Positions 37,123-46,940 are shown, counted from the stretch's first letter. The stretch: 64,000 nt of DNA from Bacteroidales bacterium (GCA_027028505.1 JALVJE010000153.1:731-64730); one strand, 5' to 3'. The notes: generated by a model from the sequence alone, not told the origin. A program made the numbers and translations.

Positions 37123-38985
37123 TTACTCCTTCTTCTTCATCTTATGCGGCTGGAGCATATGCTCGGGGGAGAGCAATTTATCCAGTTCCTTCTTCGAAAG
37201 GAGTTTCTTCTCCAGTACCAGATCATAAACGCTTCTCCCTGTAGCGCCGGCCTCTTTGGCCAGCATGGAGGAGGTCTCGTACCCCAGCACCGGATTCAGG
37301 GCCGTCACAATGCCTATACTATGCTGCACCATCTCACGGGTCCTCTCAGCATTGGCCGTGATCCCCTCGATGCAGCGGCGTCGCAGGGTTTTCATACCAT
37401 TTTTCAGCATCTCCAGCGACTCAAAAAGGCTCTGTACGATCACCGGCTCCATAACATTCAGCTCCAGTTGTCCCGCCTCACCGGCCAGGCTCACCGTCAG
37501 GTCATTGCCGATCACCTTGAAGGCAACCTGGTTGACCACCTCGGGGATCACGGGATTCACTTTGCCCGGCATGATGGACGAGCCGGGCTGTACGGCCGGA
37601 AGATTAATCTCGTTCAGACCGGCCCGGGGGCCACTGGAAAGGAGACGCAGGTCGTTGGAGATCTTGGAAAGTTTTAAGGCCAGACGCTTAAGAGCAGAAG
37701 AATACATCACAAAAGCCCCGGTATCCTGGGTAGCCTCCACCAGATTTTTGGCCGTCTTCACCTCCAGGCCTGTGATCTGACGGAGGTATTTGACTACCAA
37801 CCGAGAATAGTCGGGATCTGCATTGATGCCCGTACCGATAGCAGTCCCCCCCATATTAATCTCTAAAAAAAGATCCACATTCTCGTTCAGCCGCTGTATC
37901 TCCTCGTTCAGCGTTACAGCATACGCCTCAAATTCCTGCCCCAGAGTCATAGGTACAGCATCCTGAAGCTGGGTCCTGCCCATCTTCAGCACATTGGCAA
38001 ACTCCTCCGACTTCTTCCTGAAAGCATTGGCCAGCTCCTCCAGAATAATGATCAGGCTCTGGTTGCTGAAGATCAATGCCAGTTTGACCGCCGTGGGATA
38101 AGCATCGTTGGTCGATTGGGAAAGGTTTACATGGTTATTGGGGTGACAATACTGGTATTCCCCTTTTTTATGTCCCATGATCTCCAGCGCCCTGTTAGCG
38201 ATCACCTCATTGGCATTCATGTTCGTAGAGGTACCTGCTCCTCCCTGGATCATGTCCACCACAAAATGCTGGTGGTACTTACCCTTGATGATCTCATCAC
38301 AGGCCTGTACAATAGCCTTGTACACAGCATCCTCCAGTAATCCCAGTTCATGATTGGCCTCGGCCGCCGCCTTCTTCACCATGGCCAGCGACTCAATAAG
38401 CACGGGATAGAAACTGAGATTCACACCGGTGATGTTGAAATTCTCCATGGCTCGCAGTGTCTGTATACCGTAATACGCCTCCGCCGGGACTTCCCTGTAT
38501 CCCAACAGATCGTGTTCCTTTCTGGTATTACCCGACTCATACTGTGCTGCCGCATGCAGGATCATCGCATTTGAATATTTCATCCTGCGTGAGATCACCC
38601 GGATAACGTTAGAAAAGATCCTGACAGCTGTTTTGCCATGCTTAAAGAAATAGTCCCTGTCAAGGATGAGTACCTGCGAATCCTCCACAGCCCTGGCGGA
38701 AGTAGAATGAACATCGCCGGCAATGGCACCTTCCCCCAGAAAATCCCCCTCGTGGAAAGTGACCAGCTTCTTCTCCGCCCCGGTAGGCAATACCTTGATC
38801 AGCTCCACCTCTCCCTTGTATATGATGAACACCTCCTCGCGGGGATCATGTTCGCGGAACAGGAACTCCCCACTCCTGTATCTTCTTTCCTCCAACTCAG
38901 TCGCCAGTAATTGCAACTCATCCTCTTTCAGACCCTTGAACAACTCTATGGCCTTGATGAACGGTAAGATCTCTTTTTTATCCAT
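37123..38985 (-). CDS. aspA: Cyclic-nucleotide-binding-like domain fused to aspartate ammonia-lyase (class II fumarase/aspartase family)
   Basis: The N-terminal ~140 aa have a CAP/cNMP effector-domain pattern (FKGLKEDEL...GDFLGEGA...ARAVEDSQVLIL). The remainder aligns by eye with E. coli AspA (DLLGYREVPAEAYYG, QGGAGTSTNMN, signature GSSIMPGKVNPV). Confidence 0.9.
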   Translation of the reverse strand: MDKKEILPFIKAIELFKGLKEDELQLLATELEERRYRSGEFLFREHDPREEVFIIYKGEVELIKVLPTGAEKKLVTFHEGDFLGEGAIAGDVHSTSARAVEDSQVLILDRDYFFKHGKTAVRIFSNVIRVISRRMKYSNAMILHAAAQYESGNTRKEHDLLGYREVPAEAYYGIQTLRAMENFNITGVNLSFYPVLIESLAMVKKAAAEANHELGLLEDAVYKAIVQACDEIIKGKYHQHFVVDMIQGGAGTSTNMNANEVIANRALEIMGHKKGEYQYCHPNNHVNLSQSTNDAYPTAVKLALIFSNQSLIIILEELANAFRKKSEEFANVLKMGRTQLQDAVPMTLGQEFEAYAVTLNEEIQRLNENVDLFLEINMGGTAIGTGINADPDYSRLVVKYLRQITGLEVKTAKNLVEATQDTGAFVMYSSALKRLALKLSKISNDLRLLSSGPRAGLNEINLPAVQPGSSIMPGKVNPVIPEVVNQVAFKVIGNDLTVSLAGEAGQLELNVMEPVIVQSLFESLEMLKNGMKTLRRRCIEGITANAERTREMVQHSIGIVTALNPVLGYETSSMLAKEAGATGRSVYDLVLEKKLLSKKELDKLLSPEHMLQPHKMKKKE

Positions 38986-39021
38986 GATCGTTTTTTATTT
39001 TTTTTACAAGATAAAGATTTT

Positions 39022-39879
39022 TTACTGAACGGGCAGATCCAGATGTACAGAAACCAGATCTTCCAGAGGATACCTGATGATGCGGGTCAGAAGGATATCG
39101 TGCTCCCGGGCGGTCTTCTCCAGGATCTCCCGGAAATGCCAGGCCACCGAGCCGGTTGCTCTCACCTCTTTCTTCCCGGCTTTTCTGCAAAGAGGCTCCA
39201 GGTCGACCCGGAACAGTCTCCGGAACTCATCCTCCACGATCCCCCGGATAGCCCTGACGCCGATATGTTCAAGAAGGAACGGTGCAAATGACGCAAGAAA
39301 ATAATTGGGTTTCTCCTCCAGGTAAACTTTCTCCTTGATCTTCTGACGGGACAGACCTGTTTTTTCCCGGAAAGCCGAGACCACCTCTTGCGGCAACATA
39401 TTATCGAACCAGGCTTTTACAAATCGCAATCCCAGCACAGCCCCGCTTCCATGATCTCCCAGGAGATATCCCACGGTCATGCTTTTTGCCGTGATCTGTG
39501 TACCGTCCCAGATCCCTGCATTGGTACCGGTACCCAGGATCAGTGCGACACCCTTTTCTTTTCCGTAAAGAGCCTTTGCAGCACCGGTAAGATCATCCTC
39601 CACCGTGACCACAGCCCGCGGGAAGAGCTCCTGCAAGGCCTCTTCTGCCTTCCGTTTAGCCGCCTCCCGGTCACACCCCGCTCCGTAATAATGTACACGC
39701 TTGACGTTCCCGGCATCAAACCGGTTCTCCCTGATCCAGGAGGCCAACTCCTCTTTCCAGGGGATCTCTGTACTGAAATAAGGATTATACCCTGCGGTCC
39801 TTACATACCTGACATCTCCGGGACCTTCTGCCAGGGCCCACTCTGTTTTGGTTGAACCGCTGTCGGCGATCACGATCAT
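39022..39879 (-). CDS. BadF/BadG/BcrA/BcrD-type ATPase, N-acetylglucosamine kinase-like
   Basis: N-terminal IADSGSTKTEW phosphate-1 motif; LGTGTNAG; 285 aa. Confidence 0.8.
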   Translation of the reverse strand: MIVIADSGSTKTEWALAEGPGDVRYVRTAGYNPYFSTEIPWKEELASWIRENRFDAGNVKRVHYYGAGCDREAAKRKAEEALQELFPRAVVTVEDDLTGAAKALYGKEKGVALILGTGTNAGIWDGTQITAKSMTVGYLLGDHGSGAVLGLRFVKAWFDNMLPQEVVSAFREKTGLSRQKIKEKVYLEEKPNYFLASFAPFLLEHIGVRAIRGIVEDEFRRLFRVDLEPLCRKAGKKEVRATGSVAWHFREILEKTAREHDILLTRIIRYPLEDLVSVHLDLPVQ

Positions 39880-39940
39880 GGTTCCGTCACTTTGGTTGAA
39901 TCGCCGTCAAGATAAGAAGTTTCACGGAACAGAACACACC

Positions 39941-42900
39941 TCAGGTACTACTCTCTTCCTCTTTTATCAGAAACTTTTCGATAAGCGACAGCATCTTCCG
40001 CGGTTGGATGGGTTTTGCAATGTATTCATCGCAGCCCGCCTGGATGATCCGTTCGCGGTCTTCCGACATGGCATACGCTGTCTGGGCAATGATCGGAAGA
40101 TCCGGCCTGAACTTCTTGATCAGCCTGGTAGCCTCATAACCATTGAGCACAGGCATCTGGATATCCATCAGTACCAGGTCAACATCTTCATGCTCCCTAA
40201 GCAGGTCGAGCGCCTCTTTTCCGTCGTACGCCCGCACCAGCACTGCTTTTTTAACACTCAGTACAGCCTTGAGGAACTCGTAATTCGAGTCGTTGTCCTC
40301 GGCGATCAGGATCTTCTTGTCTCTCCAGTCGGTAACCGTCTTTTTTTCTTCCTTGATCTCCTGCCGTCCTTCCGGGATCTCCACGTCCTTATCCAGCGGG
40401 AGCTCCACAAAAAAAGTAGAGCCCCTTCCCGGGTCAGACTCTACCTGGATAGACCCACCCATCAGCTCCACCAGATTGCGCGACACCCAAAGACCCAATC
40501 CCGTACCCCCGTATTTCCGGGTGGAAGAATCATCGGCCTGACGGAACCGTTCAAAAATAACCTTTTGCTGGTCTTTGGGTATACCGATGCCCGTATCCCT
40601 GACAAAGAAACGGATCATCGTATCATTGGCTGTCAGACGGTAACCAAATTCGATCTCCCCCTTCTCTGTGAATTTTACCGAATTGTTCAGGATGTTCTGT
40701 AAGATCTGTTTCAGTCTGAAAGAATCCACATTGATCATAAATTCCCCGTCAAAAGGCACAGTAAGGGACAGTTCTACCTCTTTGCCATTGACCAGGAGGT
40801 CCCGTTTTATGCTCGTGTACAGTTCTTTCAGCAGACTGGTGATGTCGATCTTATGAGGGATGATGCGAATATGACCGGCCTCGATCTTGGCCACGTCGAT
40901 GATATCATCGATCAGATTGAGCAGGGCCTGGCTGCTCTGATTGATAATGGCAAAATATTCCTCCCGGAGCTGGGGCTCCAGCGTGTCGGAATGCAACATC
41001 CCCGTAAAACCGATAATGGCATTCAGGGGCGTCCTGATCTCATGGGACATATTGGCCAGAAAAGCCGTTTTGAGCCGGTCCGATTCTTCCGCTTTTTCCT
41101 TCGCCCTGATCAGCTCCAGCTCGGTCTTTTTTCTCTCAGTTATATCTTCCTTGATCGCCACATAATAAGCGATCTCTCCTTTTTTATTCCGTATCCCGGT
41201 GATCGAGGCATGTTCCCAGAAGATCTCACCGTTCTTTTTCTTGTTCTCAAATTCACCCTGCCAAACCTCCCCTTTTGTAATGGTCTCCCACAGGTTCTTG
41301 TAAAACGATTCCGGCAGGTTACCTGATTTCAGGATGCGTGGATTCTGCCCTATGGCCTCTTCTGCCGTATAACCCGTGACCTCGGTAAACTTGGGATTGA
41401 CATATTCAATGGTTCCATCAGGTGTGGTAATGACCACCGACACGGGAGAATTAAAGATAGCCCCTGACAACACCTGCAGCCGCTCTTCATACTGCAGCCG
41501 CTCGCTCAGGTCTGAGATAGCTACCAGCACCATGTCCCATGAGAGCTCATGCCCCGGCACCAGTACCCATTTGATGATCACTTTTTTCTTCTTGCCATAT
41601 TTGGTCGTGGAAGTGATCTCCGCCTCGTATACGTTCTCCCCTTTCAGGAAAGTGCTCAGCAACTCTATGAACGTTTCCACAAACTCTTCCGAAAGTTCTT
41701 CCTTTCTGTATGTGTCCGCCAGATCGTCCAGAGAATCCACCTCAAAGAATTCCAGCGACTTCTGGCTGGCCTCTAAAGGCACTACCATCCGGATCATCTT
41801 CTTCACCTCCTCAGGATGCGCTAAAAGATAAGCAGGGACGTTCTCCACTCCCAGATCCCCCAGCTGCCAGAGATATTCCCTGATAGCAGAATAATCCTCG
41901 CTCATCAGGGGCAGAGGGGAGTATTCGAGAATGGTACGGTATTTCAGTTCCCGCTCCAGGATCTCCCGTTCACTCCCTTTTTCCTGGGTAATGTCCCGTA
42001 TGAAAAGCCAGATGTTTTTAGCCCCGTTATCAGCACCTTTCCACTCCAAAGCATGTACTTCCGTGATAACCATGCCGCCGTCAGCCTGCATGAACTCCTT
42101 CTCATACTTTCTCTCTGCACCATCCTCAAGCAGTTCGCTGAAGATCTTTTTTTCCAGCGGTTGCCAGAAAGAAGGGGTCACATCCCAGTACCTCTTCTTC
42201 CCGATGCTATCCTCTTCATACCCCAAAAGTTTTCTCACAGAATGATTGCTCTCCAGGATATTCCCTTCAGTATCAATAACCAGAATCCCTTCGTGCATAT
42301 TCTCCAGGAGATCCCGGTACCTGTGTTCCGAACGCCGCAGGCCCTCCATGATACGGTTTTTCTCGGTCACCTCTGTGAACCAGAGGATCACATTGCCCTC
42401 AACAGAAGAATAATAACTGTTCACCAGACAATCCCGTATGACCCCGTCAAGACAATGCAACGTCACCTCAGCGACAGTATTGTTCTCATCACCAGTCAAT
42501 ATCTTGTTTAGTGACAGTTTACCGGATATATCCGCATCCCGGAATACAGGAACGTCCCGGATACTTTTCCTCCTGAGCTGATCAGGATCAAGCCCGATCT
42601 TCTCCGACAAGGACCTGTTGATCTGTATTAACTTCATCTCCTGGTCCAGCACAGCGATACCGAGGGGTGAGAACTCCAGGACCTCCCACATGAAAGCCTC
42701 CATGTCCCGGATCTTCTTCTCCGCTTCCAGTTTTTCATCAATAAGCGTAATGAAATTGAGGGTGGCCGGTTTCCCCTGCCAGTCGATGCGGTATCCGGTG
42801 ATCCTCAGCCAGCGCTCTTTTTTACCCGGCAATACCATACGGAAAACATAAGGGACATTTTCCAACTCACCGGCCAGGCGCTTCTCACGCTTCTCCCTTA

Positions 42901-43474
42901 TGAGATCCCGGTCATCAGGATGAATATATTCCCAGAATGAATGTTCACGAAGGTATTTTGCTCCCTTTCCGAAAAGTTCCGTAACCCTGTCATTGAAAAA
43001 TACAAGATGATCCCCCTGTGTCACGATAATGATTTCTTCAGCCGAACGAAAGATCCTCTCCAACAACCCGTAATCCGGAAGATCTGTTTTCTGCTCTCTT
43101 TTTTGTTTTCTTTCCAGTAAAGAAAGCATGAACAGGAATTGCTCCTCATCCTCCGGTTCCAGATAGCTCACCCGCATACCCCGGGAGAGTTGTCCTTCAG
43201 GAAGACGGGGATGCCCCACCAGAACCAGCGGAGGAAAATTATCTTCCGCCCCCTCAAAGGAAGGGATCTCCACCTCCGGAAAGATCACCAGCAGGGATGC
43301 ACTTTCTTCCCTGATCATCTTTTGCAATGCTCCTCCGTCGGTTATACTCCTTATCTCAACAGCAATCCCCTGCTCCCGCACCAAAGATCTCCAGCGCCCG
43401 GAAAGAGCTGAAGCCCCCTTATTCTCTAAAAATATAACAACAGATACCTCATTCATAGTCCGGGGATTGATCAA
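39941..43474 (-). CDS. Multi-PAS hybrid sensor histidine kinase / response regulator
   Basis: 1177 aa. Several PAS-like blocks. H-box FLANMSHEIRTPLN. HATPase (GTGLGL). C-terminal receiver (ILIAEDNDSN ... LMDIQMPVLNG). Confidence 0.9.
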   Translation of the reverse strand: MINPRTMNEVSVVIFLENKGASALSGRWRSLVREQGIAVEIRSITDGGALQKMIREESASLLVIFPEVEIPSFEGAEDNFPPLVLVGHPRLPEGQLSRGMRVSYLEPEDEEQFLFMLSLLERKQKREQKTDLPDYGLLERIFRSAEEIIIVTQGDHLVFFNDRVTELFGKGAKYLREHSFWEYIHPDDRDLIREKREKRLAGELENVPYVFRMVLPGKKERWLRITGYRIDWQGKPATLNFITLIDEKLEAEKKIRDMEAFMWEVLEFSPLGIAVLDQEMKLIQINRSLSEKIGLDPDQLRRKSIRDVPVFRDADISGKLSLNKILTGDENNTVAEVTLHCLDGVIRDCLVNSYYSSVEGNVILWFTEVTEKNRIMEGLRRSEHRYRDLLENMHEGILVIDTEGNILESNHSVRKLLGYEEDSIGKKRYWDVTPSFWQPLEKKIFSELLEDGAERKYEKEFMQADGGMVITEVHALEWKGADNGAKNIWLFIRDITQEKGSEREILERELKYRTILEYSPLPLMSEDYSAIREYLWQLGDLGVENVPAYLLAHPEEVKKMIRMVVPLEASQKSLEFFEVDSLDDLADTYRKEELSEEFVETFIELLSTFLKGENVYEAEITSTTKYGKKKKVIIKWVLVPGHELSWDMVLVAISDLSERLQYEERLQVLSGAIFNSPVSVVITTPDGTIEYVNPKFTEVTGYTAEEAIGQNPRILKSGNLPESFYKNLWETITKGEVWQGEFENKKKNGEIFWEHASITGIRNKKGEIAYYVAIKEDITERKKTELELIRAKEKAEESDRLKTAFLANMSHEIRTPLNAIIGFTGMLHSDTLEPQLREEYFAIINQSSQALLNLIDDIIDVAKIEAGHIRIIPHKIDITSLLKELYTSIKRDLLVNGKEVELSLTVPFDGEFMINVDSFRLKQILQNILNNSVKFTEKGEIEFGYRLTANDTMIRFFVRDTGIGIPKDQQKVIFERFRQADDSSTRKYGGTGLGLWVSRNLVELMGGSIQVESDPGRGSTFFVELPLDKDVEIPEGRQEIKEEKKTVTDWRDKKILIAEDNDSNYEFLKAVLSVKKAVLVRAYDGKEALDLLREHEDVDLVLMDIQMPVLNGYEATRLIKKFRPDLPIIAQTAYAMSEDRERIIQAGCDEYIAKPIQPRKMLSLIEKFLIKEEESST

Positions 43475-43518
43475 CAGGATGACCGGTTTAATTCCTGCTT
43501 CAATTTTTTTACATTAAC

Positions 43519-43686
43519 CCAAAATCAGCAATAGAAAATCGCAAGCGCTTTCTATTGGTGATCGATTAAGGACTTCATCGGTTTTGGCTATTCACCAAAA
43601 CCGTGAAATCCTAGATCGGGGTTAATCCCAGCTAACGCATTAGTTCAGCTAATTCTTAGCTTCCTAATGCGTAATCTGGGATTAAC
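43519..43686. repeat. Three consecutive perfect hairpins / dispersed intergenic repeat modules (left flank of the TonB-receptor cassette)
   Basis: H1 is CAATAGAAA/TTTCTATTG (43529-43557). H2 is CGGTTTTG/CAAAACCG (43579-43603). H3 is a 66-nt hairpin with three stem segments, GTTAATCCCAG, ACGCATTAG and AGCTAA (43621-43686). Confidence 0.85.
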
Positions 43687-43816
43687 TTACTTTTTTCTTA
43701 CACAAACCTACTCTTTTTTGTTGTAAAGATACAAAGGAAGCATGAAAAAACCCAAAAAGCATTCTTCTCAATAGCCAGTCTGGCTTTTTTCAGGTCAGAT
43801 AGGTCAAGACCTTTCT

Positions 43817-43846
43817 AAAAAAAAGGGAGCCGGGCTTCCGGCTCCC
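43817..43846 (-). terminator. Intrinsic terminator downstream of the TonB-dependent receptor
   Basis: On the minus strand, stem GGGAGCCGG / CCGGCTCCC (9 bp, 4-nt loop) followed by a T8 run. Confidence 0.8.
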
Positions 43847-44102
43847 TCCTCAGCATCATGTGTCATTCTTTAACTTAAACCTAAAATTTAACTTACCAAA
43901 CTTTGGCTCTACGAAGAATAGTGTTCTTAATGTTACCTCAATAAAAATAACGATTTTCTTTATAAAATGTTACAAGTATGAAAAAAAATTTAAAAAAAAT
44001 ATTCCTCTTATACATACAGCATTTAAATACAATGCCTTACAAAAGACATAATTCTTCTGTTCCTGCCGTATATACATACAGGATCCGTATAAAATGCAAA
44101 GA

Positions 44103-46508
44103 TCAAAATTCCAGGTTGATCCCTGCCATAAAATGGATCCCTGCCTGGGGGAAATAACCATCCATCACTTTGTGCTGATCGTTTTCATAATACTGATAAA
44201 CCCAGGCGTTGGTTTCGTATTTCACATTGAAGAGGTTTTGTATGGTTCCTCTGATCTCCAGTTTTTTGAAGATACCGGTCCTGATATGCAGGGAGAGGTT
44301 GAGATCATTGAGAAAATAGGGATCCAGCCTCCTTTCTTCACTGGAAGTATTGTCAATATACTGCTTCCCTACGTAACGGGCCAGCCAGTTCACATCCAGC
44401 ATTCCAAAGAACCGGTATGTAAAAGTATTGTTCGCGATCACCCCGGGGGAAAAAGAGATGTCCGTAGTGCCCAGATAAAAGGAGCGTTGTGACCAGGTAT
44501 CCCAGTCGTCCACATATTCGGTAAAATTCAGGATCTTGTTACGGCTCAGGGTAATATTGGCATTCCATGAAAAATTTTGTGTTATTTGTGCCATACCGGT
44601 GATCTCAAGGCCCAGACGGTAGCTTTTCGGCACATTGGTCATGATGGGGATACCCACATCGTTGATCTTGCCGGTCATCACCAGTTGGTCTTTGTAATTC
44701 ATGTAATACAGGTTCGCATGAAAAGTAGCTACTCCTGCCTTCAGGGCCATTCCCGCCTCCAGGTCACGTAACACCTCGGGTCTGGGCTCTGGCCCCTCTG
44801 CAGGAGCTTCCTTGAAATCATACCGTGTCGGTTCCCTGTGTGCCACGGCAAAAGAGGCATACAACGACGACCGGGAGGAAAGATCCCAGGTGATCCCCGC
44901 CTTGGGGTTGAAAAAAAGATAATGGTGGGTCTGCGTAAGATCCCGCTGATCGTCGTCGGGACCCTCCATCCTGTAAGCGATCCCTCGTAACTGAAGATCG
45001 GCATAAAGATACATGCCGGAGATCAGTTCATAATCCGCTTTGGAGTATATGTTGTATTCCTGCTTTAACCCTTTGTTGTCATACCACTGGTGACCTTTTT
45101 CCCCGTTGCTGAAATACCGGGCCCAGATGACCGTGCCGTAATGAGCACCATCATAATAATTCCACCCTCCTCCCGTATTAAGAGAAAGACGGGACCTGTT
45201 CCATTTCAGATTGCCGGTAAGTCCATACATATCATTGTTAAGCCATTTGCGCCGTATCAGATCGGTAGTGGTAATGGTATCTCCCGCCGGCAGGATCACA
45301 TCATCCAGAAGATAATAGGACAGATCCTGGTCCTCCTTGTATTGCTCGTAATATCCCTTCCCCTTGATATAGAACACCGCCAGATTCAGCCAGAGCGGCC
45401 GGGCAAACTCTTTGGAATAAAAAAGCTGCAGATGGTTCTGCAGGTAGTTGTCGGTTTCATTGTCATAATAGCGGACATTCCCCTCCTCATCAGTATATTC
45501 GCCAATTCCATTGTAGCGGCGGTTGGTCTTCAGCATATACCCCGGCACACCATCCCATGCCTGATAGGTCTTTTCCTTGCCGGCCATCACCACCAGCCGG
45601 ACAATATCCTTTTTTTTGCTGTACCAGGCCCCCGTAAAAGCCAGGGAGCCCAGATCAGAGGAAGCCCGGTCGATATACCCGTCAGAGACGATCTTCGAAA
45701 GACGTGTATCAAAGGAAAATCCTTTTTTCAGCAAACCGGATCCCAAAAACAGGGTGTTCCTGAAAGTATTAAATGAACCGCCAAAGGAGGAGATCGCGGC
45801 ATAAGGATCCTTCTTCAGCGAAAAGGTGTGGATGTTAACACTGGCCCCGAAGGCTCCGGCACCATTTGTAGAAGTGCCCACGCCACGCTGTACCTGAATG
45901 TCCGACACAGAAGAAGCCAGGTCGGGCATATCCACCCACCACACCCCGTGACTCTCCGGGTCGTTCTGGGGAATACCGTTGATGGTCACATTGATACGGG
46001 ACAGGTCGGTGCCCCTTATCCGGAAAGCCGTATAACCCACACCCGCACCGGCATCAGAGGTCACCACAACAGAAGGAAGCGACTTGAGGATATACGGCAT
46101 GTCCTGCCCGTTATTCTTCTCTTTCACCTCCCTCTCCGTTACATTGACATAGGGCACCGGCACCTTGTCACCGGCACGGACACCCGACACCACCACCTCG
46201 TCGGTGAGGATGTCGGAAACAGACAGGCTTATATCCACCACGAGATCTCTATCGGCCGTGATCTTTTTTTCATACGACTCATAACCAACATAGCTGACAC
46301 GTAATGCATAATCACCCTCCGGCACACGCTCGATCTTAAATTCGCCGTTATCGCCGGTGACCGTTCCCAGATATGTGCCTGCCAGCATTACATTCGCTCC
46401 GGGCAGGGGTTCCCCCCCTTCGTCGGTCACCCGCCCGCTGATGCGGACCTGAGAGAAAAGCATGATCCCCCAGAACAGGAACATCCCAACAGAAATCAAC
46501 TTCTTCAT
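44103..46508 (-). CDS. TonB-dependent outer-membrane receptor with N-terminal carboxypeptidase-regulatory-like domain; probably thiamine-related cargo
   Basis: Signal peptide, CarbopepD_reg-like GRVTDEGGEPLPGANV, plug and 22-strand barrel pattern, C-terminal ...AGINLEF. A TPP riboswitch lies directly upstream. Confidence 0.9.
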   Translation of the reverse strand: MKKLISVGMFLFWGIMLFSQVRISGRVTDEGGEPLPGANVMLAGTYLGTVTGDNGEFKIERVPEGDYALRVSYVGYESYEKKITADRDLVVDISLSVSDILTDEVVVSGVRAGDKVPVPYVNVTEREVKEKNNGQDMPYILKSLPSVVVTSDAGAGVGYTAFRIRGTDLSRINVTINGIPQNDPESHGVWWVDMPDLASSVSDIQVQRGVGTSTNGAGAFGASVNIHTFSLKKDPYAAISSFGGSFNTFRNTLFLGSGLLKKGFSFDTRLSKIVSDGYIDRASSDLGSLAFTGAWYSKKKDIVRLVVMAGKEKTYQAWDGVPGYMLKTNRRYNGIGEYTDEEGNVRYYDNETDNYLQNHLQLFYSKEFARPLWLNLAVFYIKGKGYYEQYKEDQDLSYYLLDDVILPAGDTITTTDLIRRKWLNNDMYGLTGNLKWNRSRLSLNTGGGWNYYDGAHYGTVIWARYFSNGEKGHQWYDNKGLKQEYNIYSKADYELISGMYLYADLQLRGIAYRMEGPDDDQRDLTQTHHYLFFNPKAGITWDLSSRSSLYASFAVAHREPTRYDFKEAPAEGPEPRPEVLRDLEAGMALKAGVATFHANLYYMNYKDQLVMTGKINDVGIPIMTNVPKSYRLGLEITGMAQITQNFSWNANITLSRNKILNFTEYVDDWDTWSQRSFYLGTTDISFSPGVIANNTFTYRFFGMLDVNWLARYVGKQYIDNTSSEERRLDPYFLNDLNLSLHIRTGIFKKLEIRGTIQNLFNVKYETNAWVYQYYENDQHKVMDGYFPQAGIHFMAGINLEF

Positions 46509-46533
46509 GATCCGAAGTTTAAGGTCTCAAAAA

Positions 46534-46622
46534 TGGAGGGGACAGGTCAAACTCCCTGCGCCGGCATTACCCGGTTCAGGTTCAAAGGGTTTGATCTCAG
46601 CCTGAAAGTAAGGCACCCCTGT
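46534..46622 (-). promoter_or_regulatory. TPP (thiamine pyrophosphate, THI-box) riboswitch
   Basis: The minus strand reads CAGGGGTGCC..GGCTGAGATCAAACCCTTTGAACCTGAACCGGGTAATGCCGGCGCAGGGAG..CCCCTCC. This matches the conserved GGGGUGC / CUGAGA / ACCCUUUGAACCUGAUCUGGAUAAUGCCAGCGUAGGGA core. It ends ~25 nt before the receptor ATG. Confidence 0.88.
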
Positions 46623-46706
46623 AATAACTCATACAAAAATAAGAAGATTTTACAAATAAACCTACAAAATTGATCCCGGATTATGTTTTAAGAAGGTAAA
46701 AAAAAC

Positions 46707-46784
46707 AGCTGAACCAATGCGATAGCCGGAGGGTAACCCGGTCAGCTATGAGAAGCACATGCGACCAGCTATTGCTGATTTTGG
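46707..46784. repeat. Inverted copy of modules from 43519-43650 (right flank of the cassette)
   Basis: The reverse complement of 46769-46784 equals 43519-43534 exactly (CCAAAATCAGCAATAG). The reverse complement of 46707-46722 matches 43635-43650 at 14 of 16 positions. Confidence 0.8.
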
Positions 46785-46913
46785 TATTATTTTAAAAGTA
46801 CCTTACACACATCCATAAAAATGCTTAGTTCGTATTTCGTAAAAATACGAACTATCCAGTATCCACCTGCATTTTGTAATATAAAATGCAATATTACACC
46901 AGCGTTCAAAGCA

Positions 46914-46940
46914 AATAAAAAAAGGGGAACCACTCCCCTT
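46914..46940 (-). terminator. Intrinsic terminator of the thioredoxin gene
   Basis: On the minus strand, AAGGGGA-gtggt-TCCCCTT followed by a T run, 30 nt after the stop. Confidence 0.75.

Noticed and set aside
43860-44051. 63-aa ORF in the AT-rich region downstream of the TonB receptor
   Set aside because: It has the extreme AT-rich, low-complexity (K/N/F/I) composition of a 3' UTR or promoter region and has no support.
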